NCBI GenBank assembly: GCA_964535555.1
Contig: CAZHUS010000036.1
Coordinates: 337 to 64,336 of the forward strand
Length of the DNA stretch: 64,000 bases
From: an uncultured Verrucomicrobiota bacterium
GTDB taxonomy: Bacteria > Verrucomicrobiota > Verrucomicrobiia > Limisphaerales > J093
Direction of reading: 5' to 3'
Positions 42,406 through 51,291 of this stretch are shown here, piece after piece. The notes beneath the pieces are model-generated. The model ran no database searches and was not told the DNA's origin. It was given only the letters and a program-made list of their open reading frames with translations. Every line of letters begins with the position of its first letter. Within the stretch, counting starts at the first letter, position 1. Made by a program: the position numbers and the translations under genes.

Positions 42406-43734
42406 TCACAGCAGCCCGAGTTCCCGCCCCACGTGTGCCATCTTTTCCAGCGCGTAGTCGATCTGCGCGTCCGTGTGGGTGGCCATCAGGCTGAGTCGCA
42501 GGAGTTCCTGCCCGGGCGGAACCCCGGGAGAGACGACCGGATTCACGAAGACGCCCTCCTCTTCCAGCCGCTTGCAGAAACGGAAGGTCGTCATCAGGTC
42601 ACGGACGTAGACGGGCAGAATGGGCGTGTGGGAGGCCCCGAGGTCGAATCCCAGGCTCAGCAGCCCCTGCTTCATCCGTTCGGTGTTGACCCACAACCGA
42701 CGGATGCGCTCCGGTTCGCTCCGCATGATCTGCAGGGCGGCCAGGGTCGCGGCGGCGTTGGCCGGACTCATGCTTGCGCTGAAGATCAAGGCGCTGGAAT
42801 GGTGCCTCAGGTAATCGATCGTCGCCGCATCCGCGGCAATGAACCCGCCCAGGCTCGCGAGCGACTTGCTGAAGGTCCCCATGATCAGGTGGACCTCGTC
42901 GGTGAGGCCGAAGTGGTTTGCCGTCCCCGTCCCGTGATCCCCCAGCACACCGATCGCGTGGGCATCGTCGACCATCACCACGGCGTGGTGCTGCCGGGCC
43001 AGCTCACACAACTCCGGCAACTGGATGATGTCGCCCTCCATGCTGAACACGCCGTCCACCACAATCAGCTTGCCCGCTTCGGGTTCGAGTTGCTGCAGGC
43101 GGTTCTCCAAGGCGGCCATGTCGCGGTGCGTGAACCGGATGAACCGGCCCGGAGACAACTGGCATCCGGCGACGATGCTGGCGTGGTTGCTCTTGTCGGC
43201 CAGGATATACTCACCCCTTCCGACCAGGGCGCTGATGACGCCCAGATTCACCTGGAACCCGGTGCTGTAAAGCAACACGGCCTCCTTGCCGACGAACTCC
43301 GCGAGGGCGTGCTCGAGTTCGAGGTGAATGTCGAGCGAACCATTGAGAAAGCGAGAGCCGGCGCAGCCGGTGCCGTACTTGGCCACCGCCGCCCGCGCCG
43401 CTTCCTTGATTCGAGGATGATTCGTCAGCCCGAGATAGCTGTTCGACCCGAGCATCAGCACCTTCTTGCCGTTGATGATCACCTCGGTGTCCTGCGCCGA
43501 CGTGATCGTGCGGAAGTACGGGTATAGTCCCAAGGACCGCACCTGGGCGGCGTTCCGGTAATTGCGGACCTTGTCGAGCAGCCGCAGCGAGCCCAACGGG
43601 CGCTTCGAGGGGTCTGTCACCGACGCCGTGGCTCCGTGAGTCGCCGCGGAGGGGGACGGACAGGTGGAAGCCTGTCCAGGGGGAGCGCCGTTGCCCGGGA
43701 TGCTAGAGATCGCTGCGTAACTCTCGGCTTTCAT
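42406..43734 (-). CDS. spt: Serine palmitoyltransferase-like alpha-oxoamine synthase
   Basis: [63 protein letters not shown]; motif set like bacterial SPTs. Alternative start GTG 43620. Confidence 0.75.
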   Translation of the reverse strand: MKAESYAAISSIPGNGAPPGQASTCPSPSAATHGATASVTDPSKRPLGSLRLLDKVRNYRNAAQVRSLGLYPYFRTITSAQDTEVIINGKKVLMLGSNSYLGLTNHPRIKEAARAAVAKYGTGCAGSRFLNGSLDIHLELEHALAEFVGKEAVLLYSTGFQVNLGVISALVGRGEYILADKSNHASIVAGCQLSPGRFIRFTHRDMAALENRLQQLEPEAGKLIVVDGVFSMEGDIIQLPELCELARQHHAVVMVDDAHAIGVLGDHGTGTANHFGLTDEVHLIMGTFSKSLASLGGFIAADAATIDYLRHHSSALIFSASMSPANAAATLAALQIMRSEPERIRRLWVNTERMKQGLLSLGFDLGASHTPILPVYVRDLMTTFRFCKRLEEEGVFVNPVVSPGVPPGQELLRLSLMATHTDAQIDYALEKMAHVGRELGLL

Positions 43735-44020
43735 GTCTGAGCGGAACCATCAACACGGCTGGCCAAACCGCGTTCCGAGCTTCCCTCGGCCAGCACGCCT
43801 GGCGGGAGCTTCCGGGCTGAAGAGTCGGCCAAAACTGCGCGCCGAGCGTCCGTTCTTGCTGGCAAACCTGTCAAGCCGTTTTCCGGCAGCGCAAGCCCCC
43901 ACGCGGCGACGGCCGACACGGTGCCCGACGCCGCATGCGCCCTCGTGAGTCCGGCGGCTTTTGGTCGCCGGGTTGAGCTTGCTTTCCCGCGCCCAAACGC
44001 ATAAGTAATGCGCGCCTTCG

Positions 44021-44707
44021 ATGCGGCTCATCAGACTCTTCCGACGGTCGCTGATCCCCGTGCTCGTTGCCCTCGGCAGTTGTTGCGTTTGCGGCGATGA
44101 ATTCCAATGGCGGCCCGCGGCGTCCATCCGGCTCCTCCAAACCGGAAAGCTTGAGCTCTTCGCGTACAACGAAAACTGGATGGTGCCTCGTGACGGCCTG
44201 GACCAGGCGCTTTACCAACTCTCGATGCGCCTCCGGTACAATGCCCACACCAACCTCGCCCTTGGCCTGAACTACACGTACGTCGACAGTCAGACCTTCC
44301 TCGACGACGGCAGCAGCACCTGGGCGGACCAAAACCGCATCGAGTTCGAGGTCACACCGCATTGGGAACACCCGGGCGGCTTTCGCTTCAGCGCGCGTCA
44401 GCGACTCGAGGTCCGCTGGCTGGAAGATCGTCCCGACGAAAACTACCGATCCCGCCACCTCCTCGAACTGGGGTGGCCGGTCAAACTCCCCAAGCCGTTC
44501 ACGGGGGCGTTCAGCAGCGGGGAGATCTTCTATGACTGGTCCCGGGGTCGCCTGACCGAGTGGCGGGCCTCGCCGGCCGGCGTGGACCTCCGGCTGTGCT
44601 CCAGGGCTTCGGTGCGGTTCTATTACACGTGGCGCGAGACCGAGTCCTCCGGCGACTGGAATGTCTCCCATGTGTTCTGGTCGGTGCTGAACATCCGCCT
44701 GCAGTAG
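44021..44707 (+). CDS. DUF2490-like outer-membrane beta-barrel protein
   Basis: Signal peptide; alternating amphipathic strands; QNRIEF, RQRLEVRW, YRSRH; ends LNIRLQ. Confidence 0.75.
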   Translation: MRLIRLFRRSLIPVLVALGSCCVCGDEFQWRPAASIRLLQTGKLELFAYNENWMVPRDGLDQALYQLSMRLRYNAHTNLALGLNYTYVDSQTFLDDGSSTWADQNRIEFEVTPHWEHPGGFRFSARQRLEVRWLEDRPDENYRSRHLLELGWPVKLPKPFTGAFSSGEIFYDWSRGRLTEWRASPAGVDLRLCSRASVRFYYTWRETESSGDWNVSHVFWSVLNIRLQ

Positions 44708-44794
44708 CGGCGCGCCGTCTCGTCGCCTCACCCGCCTTTGAGGCTTGGACTTGGCCTCAGAACCGTCCACATTCCCGGCACCACGACCTGCCCT

Positions 44795-46657
44795 ATGCAT
44801 CCGAGCCCTGACATCCGTTCCGAGTTTGGCCGAGCCGGGTTCTCCTGGATCTCGGCCGCCGCCCTCGCGTTGGTGACGCTGACAACCGCGGGACTTCCCG
44901 GCTCCCCAAGCGAAGCCCGCTTCCGTTTCATGGAGCCCAACGAGCGCTCGCTCCAACTGGTCGACGGCGACCGCCCGGTCCTGGTGTACAACCACGGCAT
45001 CATCACCCCAAAGGACCACCCGGCCGACCGGGCCAGGAGCACGTACATTCACCCGCTCTACGGCTTGGACGGTGAGGTGCTTACCGACGATTTCCCGGGA
45101 GATCACCCTCACCACCGGGGTCTGTTCTGGGCCTGGCCGCACGTCCGGGTCGGCACCAACCACCACGATTTGTGGATGCTCCAGGGTGTCCGACAGCAAT
45201 TCGGCCGATGGCTCGCCAGGAAACCCGACCTCGAAGGTGCGGCCGTGCTCGGCGTCGAGAACGGCTGGTATGTCGGGGATCGCCAAGTCATGAGCGAGCA
45301 GGCTTGGTTCCGGGTCCACACTGTCCAGGGAGACACCCGGGCCATCGACGTTGAACTGACCTGGGTACCTGCGAACGAGGACATCACCCTCTCCGGCGCC
45401 GAGGGGAAGAGCTACGGCGGCCTCACGCTGCGATACGCGCCTCGAACCAACACTGTCATCACGACCCCGCTCGGACAGAGCCCCCAGGACCTCGCCATGA
45501 CCCGGCTCCCCTGGGCTGACCTTTCCGCCCAGTTCCAGGGCTCGGACCGCTTTAGCGGCGCCGCCATCCTGATCTCGCCGAAGCATCCGGACTTCCCGCC
45601 CACGTGGCTCACCCGCCACTACGGATGCCTCTGCGTCGGATGGCCCGGCGTTCAAGAACGGACGTTCCGTCCCGGCGAGCCGATCCGCTGCGCGTACCGG
45701 GTCTTGATTCATCGAGGCCGCGGCGATGTCGACCTTTTGACTCGGGCCGCCGCGGAGTATGCCTCGTCGGCAGCCCAGGAATGGGTGAACTCGGCCCGGA
45801 GCCCCCAGGCGGAATCACTCCCCCGGGCCCAGCAGGTCGAAGCCCGGCAATCCGAGGACCGGGTGTCCATTCACGTCGATGGCCGGCCGTTCACCGAGTA
45901 CATCTACCCCGCAGACGCCAAGTATCCGTACTTCTACCCGGTCATGGGACCGCGCTCCGGACGATCGGTCACGGTTCACAAGACGGAACCTTACCCGCAC
46001 CACAGCTCCTTGTTCTTCGGCTGTGACCGGGTCAACGGTGGGAACTACTGGCAGGAAGGGCTGGAGCGTGGCCGCATCGTTTCGGAGCAAGTCCGCATTC
46101 TGCGAAACGCGGGCGAACGCATCGAGTTCGAACAGGAATGCCTGTGGCGACGTCCTCAAGCCGATTCGCCCTTCTCCGACCACCGTCGGATCTCGGTCTC
46201 CGCCCCGACTCCGGACCTCCGCTGGATCGATGTCGAGATTACCCTGACGGCCCGCACCGACGTGAAGATCGAGAAGACCAACCATTCGCTTTTCGCCGTC
46301 CGGGTGGCCCCTGACCTGGCCGTCAACGGCGGAGGACGTTTGATCAACGCCCACGGAGGCTCCGGCGAGGCGGGCACGTTCGGGAAGCCCTCCCCATGGG
46401 CGGACTATTCCGGCACCCGCGACGGGATCGAGGAGGGGGTCGCCATCCTGTCTCATCCTTCCAACCGGTGGTTTCCAGAGCCTTGGTTCACTCGCGACTA
46501 CGGCTTTATGTCGCCCACGCCGCTGAACTGGATCGAAGGAGGGTCCTTCTCCCTCGCCCAGAACGAGACGCTCAAGTTCCGGTACCGGGTGGTCGTTCAT
46601 GCCGGCGCCATAACCGATGCCGAGAAAGCCGCCTGGTTCGAGGCCTGGGCGCAGTAA
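44795..46657 (+). CDS. Secreted protein with two tandem DUF6807 ('PmoA-like') domains
   Basis: Domain 1: YIHPL, DHPHHRGLFW, WLTRHYG. Domain 2: YFYPV, YPHHSSLFF, WFTRDYG. Confidence 0.8.
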   Translation: MHPSPDIRSEFGRAGFSWISAAALALVTLTTAGLPGSPSEARFRFMEPNERSLQLVDGDRPVLVYNHGIITPKDHPADRARSTYIHPLYGLDGEVLTDDFPGDHPHHRGLFWAWPHVRVGTNHHDLWMLQGVRQQFGRWLARKPDLEGAAVLGVENGWYVGDRQVMSEQAWFRVHTVQGDTRAIDVELTWVPANEDITLSGAEGKSYGGLTLRYAPRTNTVITTPLGQSPQDLAMTRLPWADLSAQFQGSDRFSGAAILISPKHPDFPPTWLTRHYGCLCVGWPGVQERTFRPGEPIRCAYRVLIHRGRGDVDLLTRAAAEYASSAAQEWVNSARSPQAESLPRAQQVEARQSEDRVSIHVDGRPFTEYIYPADAKYPYFYPVMGPRSGRSVTVHKTEPYPHHSSLFFGCDRVNGGNYWQEGLERGRIVSEQVRILRNAGERIEFEQECLWRRPQADSPFSDHRRISVSAPTPDLRWIDVEITLTARTDVKIEKTNHSLFAVRVAPDLAVNGGGRLINAHGGSGEAGTFGKPSPWADYSGTRDGIEEGVAILSHPSNRWFPEPWFTRDYGFMSPTPLNWIEGGSFSLAQNETLKFRYRVVVHAGAITDAEKAAWFEAWAQ

Positions 46658-46997
46658 TCACCCCGGTCCAGGCACTCCGCCCGCGGCAGGAAGAGCCTGC
46701 CGCCTCCATTCACCACGCCGGTGAGGGGGGACGGCGCCGAATCGTGAGGAGAATCCCCCCTCCTCTCGCCGGGGCACCGACTCGCACGCCCTGCTCCGCC
46801 GCGCCTTGGCCGCGCCCGACTTTCCTAAAACCTGTCCCAAAACGACTTGCCTTGGTGGCTCCAAGGGGATAGATGCTCTCCATCAGCCCTGAAAAGACCG
46901 CGGCACACCCGACGCCTCCACGGGGCGGGCCAGCCGACACGGTCCTCTCCGGGCCTGAGAAGACCCTAGAGACCCTAGAGACCCTAACCTAACCAAC

Positions 46998-49676
46998 ATG
47001 ATACCAACCCGAAGCACCTCACGCCTGGCCCGGACGGTGGCCACGGCCCTCACCGCAGCCGCCGCTCTGGCTCTCCCCGCGACCACCCAGGCGGCACTCA
47101 GCGATGGCCTCGTCTCCTACTGGCCGCTCGATGACGTGGTCGGCACCAAGACGCCCGACCTCGCCAGCGGTTACGACATGGAACTCGCCAACCTCACCGC
47201 GGCCGACCTGGTCGCGGGCAAGGTGGGCCGTACGTTCAAGCTGGAGAATGCGCGCCAAACCATGCTGCGACGGGTCAACCAACCCGGCGAGCAACTCCCC
47301 ATCAACCAGCACCCCGCCCTCTCCCTCTCGATGTGGGTGAACGTCACGGGGACGGGCCTCAGCGACCTGCGGATCTTCTCGGAAGGAAACACGGCCAACA
47401 ACAACCCCCTGTTCAACCTGGGCACGGCCAACACTGGCAATGACGGCAGCCTGGACATCTTCTTCCGCCAGAGCCCCTGGACTGACGTGAACCACATCCG
47501 CAGCGTGGGGCAACCGCTCGACGGCACCTGGCATCACGTGGCGTTCGTGCAGCAGGCCGACGGCACCCGGACGCTCTTCATCGACGGGGTCAGGGATGCC
47601 CTCGAGATCCCGGCCAAGCCTGAAGGTGCCTGGAGCCTGAACACCACCACCATCGGAGGCATCCTGCGCGCGAACCCCACCCACTGGCTGACGGGCATGG
47701 TGGACGAGGTGGCCCTCTGGAAGCGCGCCCTCAGTGATGCGGAAGTCACGCAGGTGTTCAGCGAAGGTCTGGACAGCGTGTTCCCGCCGCTCACCAAGGC
47801 CATGGTCGCCTACTGGCCTCTCGACGAGGTCTTCGGCACCAAGACCCCCGACCTGGCCAGCGGTTACGACATGGAACTGGCCAATCTCACCGGCGCCGAT
47901 CTGGTGGCCGGCAAGTGGGGCAAGGCGATGAAGCTCGAAAATGCGCGCCAGACCATGCTGAAGCGGGTCAACAACGCCGGCGAACAACTCCCGATCAATC
48001 AGCACCCCGCGCTGTCGATCTCGATGTGGGTGAACATTGTTGGCACCGGGCTCACCGATCTCCGGATCTTCTCCGAAGGGAACACCGCCAACAACAACCC
48101 GTTGTTCAACCTCGGCACGGCCAACACCGGCGCCGATGGGTCGGTCGACTTCTACTTCCGGCAGACCGGCTGGACCGAGGTCAACCACCTCCACAGCGTC
48201 GGCCAGCCCTTGGATGGCACCTGGCGCCACCTCGTCTTCGTCCAGCAGGAGGATGGCACCCGCGCGTTCTACATCGATGGCGTCAAGGATGCCGTTGAAA
48301 TCCCGGCCAAGGAGGCGGGGGCGTGGAGCGTGAACACCACCACCATCGGCGGCATCCTGCGCGCCAATCCCACCCACTGGCTCACCGGTCAGGTCGACGA
48401 TGTGGCGCTCTGGAAACGAGCCCTGGCCGAGGCGGAAATCACCTCCCTCTTCCAGAATGGCACCCCCGTGCCGTTTTCGGTGCCCCAACCGCTCGCCATC
48501 CGCTCCTTCAAGTCCGACCTCCCGGCTGTGGGCGTTGGCGATTCCATCTGGCTCCGCTGGGATGTCACCAAGAACGTCACCGTTGAAATCGATCAGGGTA
48601 TCGGCGACGTCACCCCCCTCACCGTGTCGGGTCTGGGGGCGGTCCAAGTGCCCATGACCACAAGCCGCACTTTCACGCTCACGCTCCGGCGGGGCGTCGA
48701 GACGCTTTCCCAGCAGCTCACGGTTTCGGCCATCAGCGGAATCGCCGAAGGCTGGACGTTGCTCGACAACTTCGACCGCTACCCTCTCGGCCTGCTGAAC
48801 GGTCGGGGCGGCTGGGGAGACCTCGATGCCGTGGACTTCACCCTGGTGGATGTCAACGGGAACGTCATGGTGGGGGCCAATGCTGGCGATGCCACCGCCA
48901 CCCTGCCCCTCGGCCCGCTGACAGTGACCGAAGGGCTGCAACGCACCTTGTTCTTCCGCGTTTATCAGACGGGTGAAGCGTTCGAGACGGCCAAGGGCAT
49001 GGTGGCCTTGACCGACCGCAACGTCCGCTTCGGAAGTGACGTCGGCGCGAATGGCAACGACATCGGCCCCGGCGCGATCGCCAGCACGGAATGGAGCGGC
49101 GCGCTCCAACTCGGCGGCGCCAACGGCAACGGCGCGGCCGTGGACTTTTACGACCCGCTCCTCGACTTCCAGACCGTGTACAACGTCTGGGTGGACATCA
49201 CCAACGGTCCGTTGATTGCGGACCCGTTCTCAAGCGGTGACACCTACTCCATCTATGTCGCCAAGGAAGGGGTGGCGCAGAGAACCACCGTCCTCACCGG
49301 GTACGCCTCGGCCCGCGGCCCGGGGGCTGCGGATGTGGGCTTCGCCACCAAAGACCTGAACAAGCTGTTGCTCGGAGGCCTGAATGGGACCAGCACCACC
49401 ACCAACTTGTTCTTTGATGACATCTATCTCAGCAAGGCAGGGTTCCTCACCACGGTGCCCCGGCCCTTCGGCTTCACCACCCCGGTTCCGCCGCCCGCCG
49501 GCGACATCACCATGGCGATTGCCCGGGACGGCAGCCAGGTGCGGGTGACTTGGAGCGCCGGTTCCCTGGAGTCGGCTCTGGCCGTCACCGGTCCCTGGAC
49601 CGCGGTCGCCGGCGCCGCCTCACCCTACACCGCCACGCCTTCCGGAGGGGCCTTGTATTACCGGGCCAGGCAGTAA
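46998..49676 (+). CDS. Secreted protein with two tandem LamG-like domains, Ig-like region and C-terminal domain
   Basis: Signal peptide ending TQA; two near-identical units (YWPLD...W(H/R)H.....Q...DG.R..(F/Y)IDG...G.VD.VALW.RAL); ends GGALYYRARQ. Confidence 0.88.
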   Translation: MIPTRSTSRLARTVATALTAAAALALPATTQAALSDGLVSYWPLDDVVGTKTPDLASGYDMELANLTAADLVAGKVGRTFKLENARQTMLRRVNQPGEQLPINQHPALSLSMWVNVTGTGLSDLRIFSEGNTANNNPLFNLGTANTGNDGSLDIFFRQSPWTDVNHIRSVGQPLDGTWHHVAFVQQADGTRTLFIDGVRDALEIPAKPEGAWSLNTTTIGGILRANPTHWLTGMVDEVALWKRALSDAEVTQVFSEGLDSVFPPLTKAMVAYWPLDEVFGTKTPDLASGYDMELANLTGADLVAGKWGKAMKLENARQTMLKRVNNAGEQLPINQHPALSISMWVNIVGTGLTDLRIFSEGNTANNNPLFNLGTANTGADGSVDFYFRQTGWTEVNHLHSVGQPLDGTWRHLVFVQQEDGTRAFYIDGVKDAVEIPAKEAGAWSVNTTTIGGILRANPTHWLTGQVDDVALWKRALAEAEITSLFQNGTPVPFSVPQPLAIRSFKSDLPAVGVGDSIWLRWDVTKNVTVEIDQGIGDVTPLTVSGLGAVQVPMTTSRTFTLTLRRGVETLSQQLTVSAISGIAEGWTLLDNFDRYPLGLLNGRGGWGDLDAVDFTLVDVNGNVMVGANAGDATATLPLGPLTVTEGLQRTLFFRVYQTGEAFETAKGMVALTDRNVRFGSDVGANGNDIGPGAIASTEWSGALQLGGANGNGAAVDFYDPLLDFQTVYNVWVDITNGPLIADPFSSGDTYSIYVAKEGVAQRTTVLTGYASARGPGAADVGFATKDLNKLLLGGLNGTSTTTNLFFDDIYLSKAGFLTTVPRPFGFTTPVPPPAGDITMAIARDGSQVRVTWSAGSLESALAVTGPWTAVAGAASPYTATPSGGALYYRARQ
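47100..48470 (+). repeat. Intragenic tandem duplication, period 693 nt (231 aa)
   Basis: TACTGG at 47118 and 47811; near-identical peptides KTPDLASGYDMELANLT and EGNTANNNPLFNLGTANTG in both units. Confidence 0.92.
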
Positions 49677-49705
49677 CGTTAGGACTTGGTATCCAACGAC
49701 CCAGA

Positions 49706-49731
49706 ACGGCCGGGCGCTCGCCCGGCCGTTT
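49706..49731 (+). terminator. Perfect 12-bp hairpin after the LamG gene
   Basis: AACGGCCGGGCG-CT-CGCCCGGCCGTT followed by T. Confidence 0.7.
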
Positions 49732-49736
49732 CGCTG

Positions 49737-49766
49737 TTGACGCTCTGCGGAACCGCCCCGTAACCT
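49737..49766 (+). promoter_or_regulatory. Candidate sigma70 promoter for DUF5679-ndk
   Basis: TTGACG, 18 nt, TAACCT. Confidence 0.45.
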
Positions 49767-49817
49767 CCCACCCAGTTACGGAGAGGCCGCCTGAAGCGGC
49801 CTCTTTGGCGCTTTCAT

Positions 49818-50066
49818 ATGCCTGAAGGTTACTGCGTCAAATGCAAAGCCAAGAAGGAGATCGCCGATGCTGTCGAAGAGATCATGAAGAACGGACGCAA
49901 GGCGATCAAGGGGCGGTGCCCCACCTGCGGCGTCGTCATGTTCAAGATCCTGGGCGGCAAGGCAACGGTACCCCCGTCGCCGGCGGCCCCCCCTGCCGCT
50001 GCTGACCCCGCGTCCACGCCCGCGGCAGGCCCCAGCACGCCCGATTCAACCTCCGCCGCTTCTTAA
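49818..50066 (+). CDS. DUF5679-like small zinc-ribbon protein with Pro/Ala tail
   Basis: YCVKCKAK...GRKAIKGRCPTCG.VMFKIL. Confidence 0.85.
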   Translation: MPEGYCVKCKAKKEIADAVEEIMKNGRKAIKGRCPTCGVVMFKILGGKATVPPSPAAPPAAADPASTPAAGPSTPDSTSAAS

Positions 50067-50070
50067 CGCC

Positions 50071-51243
50071 ATGTCCGAACAGCTCGCTTACGCCATCCTC
50101 ACGCCGCACTCGCTCCACAAGTCGCGCACCGGCGGCATTATCGCCCGGTTGATCGCCCGGACCAGCGTCGACCTGGTGGCTGCCCGCATGTTCGCCCCCG
50201 GCCCGGAGCTGGTGGCGGAGTACGCAGCGGCCGTCGTCTCGCCCCATGATCCGCAAGACCGTCGCGTTCAGGAGCTCATCCGGGACTACGTGATCCAGAA
50301 TTTCAGCGAAGACCCCAAGTCGCATCGACGCCGCCGGGTGATGCTGCTGCTCTTCAAGGGAGAAGACGCCGTCCGCCAGGTGCGCAACGTCGTCGGCAGC
50401 TTCAGCCAACATCGCCGCGGCGGCCAGTCGATCCGGGATACCTACGGGGACTTGATCCTGGACGACAACGATAACGTCCGCTATTTCGAACCGGCTGTCC
50501 TCGCCGCTCCCACACCCGACGAAGCCGCCGCCAAACTCCGGATCTGGGCCAAACACTCCGATACCGACGGCGGCGTGCTGGAGAACGTCGTCTCCTACGA
50601 ACCCGAGGAGAAGCCCGAGCGCACCCTGGTCCTGCTGAAGCCCGATAACTTCCGGTTCGCATCCGGCCGCCCGGGGAACATGATCGATTTCTTCTCCCGC
50701 ACGGGCCTCTTCATCGTCGGCATCAAGCTCCACCAGATGAGCGTCGCTCAGGCGATGGAGTTTTACGGACCCGTCCGCGAAATTTTGCGCACCAAACTTC
50801 AGGACGTGGTCGCCGGAAGAGCACGCGAGGCCCTCGAACGGGAACTCGGCTTCAAAGTGCCCGCTTCCGAGCAGAAGAAGCTTGGCGAGGTCCTGGGACC
50901 GATCTTCGGGGAAAACCAGTTCGAGAATATCGTCCGGTTCATGGCGGGCCGCAGCCCCAGCGAATGCGACCCCGCGTTGATGACCTCTCCGGGCACGGAG
51001 AAGTGCATCGCGCTCGTCTACGAGGGCGTCAACGCCGTGGCCAAGATCCGCGACGTGCTCGGTCCCACCGACCCCACCAAGGCACCCCCGGGTTCCATCC
51101 GACGCGAGTTCGGGTCGAACATCATGGTGAACGCCGCCCATGCCAGCGACTCGGCGGAGAACGCCCGTCGGGAGATGCGCATTGTCAATGTGGGCGATAA
51201 CCTGTTCAAACGGTTGGTGGAAGGCACGCTCGGGAAGATCTGA
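50071..51243 (+). CDS. ndk: Nucleoside-diphosphate kinase, long two-domain form
   Basis: C-terminal domain: ERTLVLLKPD, PGSIRREFG, NAAHASDS. N-terminal NDK-like domain lacks the catalytic His. Confidence 0.88.
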   Translation: MSEQLAYAILTPHSLHKSRTGGIIARLIARTSVDLVAARMFAPGPELVAEYAAAVVSPHDPQDRRVQELIRDYVIQNFSEDPKSHRRRRVMLLLFKGEDAVRQVRNVVGSFSQHRRGGQSIRDTYGDLILDDNDNVRYFEPAVLAAPTPDEAAAKLRIWAKHSDTDGGVLENVVSYEPEEKPERTLVLLKPDNFRFASGRPGNMIDFFSRTGLFIVGIKLHQMSVAQAMEFYGPVREILRTKLQDVVAGRAREALERELGFKVPASEQKKLGEVLGPIFGENQFENIVRFMAGRSPSECDPALMTSPGTEKCIALVYEGVNAVAKIRDVLGPTDPTKAPPGSIRREFGSNIMVNAAHASDSAENARREMRIVNVGDNLFKRLVEGTLGKI

Positions 51244-51291
51244 TCCCGGGACCGCTTTGACGGGTCAGCCTGGCTGACTCACTTTCGGGCG

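Noticed and set aside
42406-43734. BioF (8-amino-7-oxononanoate synthase) or KBL
   Set aside because: Not excluded, but less likely: no bio or tdh genes are nearby, the motifs are SPT-like, and the neighbours are lipid-type enzymes.
44795-46657. Particulate methane monooxygenase (the family is often labelled 'PmoA')
   Set aside because: This is a soluble secreted beta-domain protein, not multi-TM PmoA, and there is no pmoC/pmoB. It is not evidence of methanotrophy.
46961-46987. Three copies of the 9-mer AGACCCTA(G/A) just upstream of the LamG start codon
   Set aside because: Too short to assign as an operator or contingency locus without comparative data.
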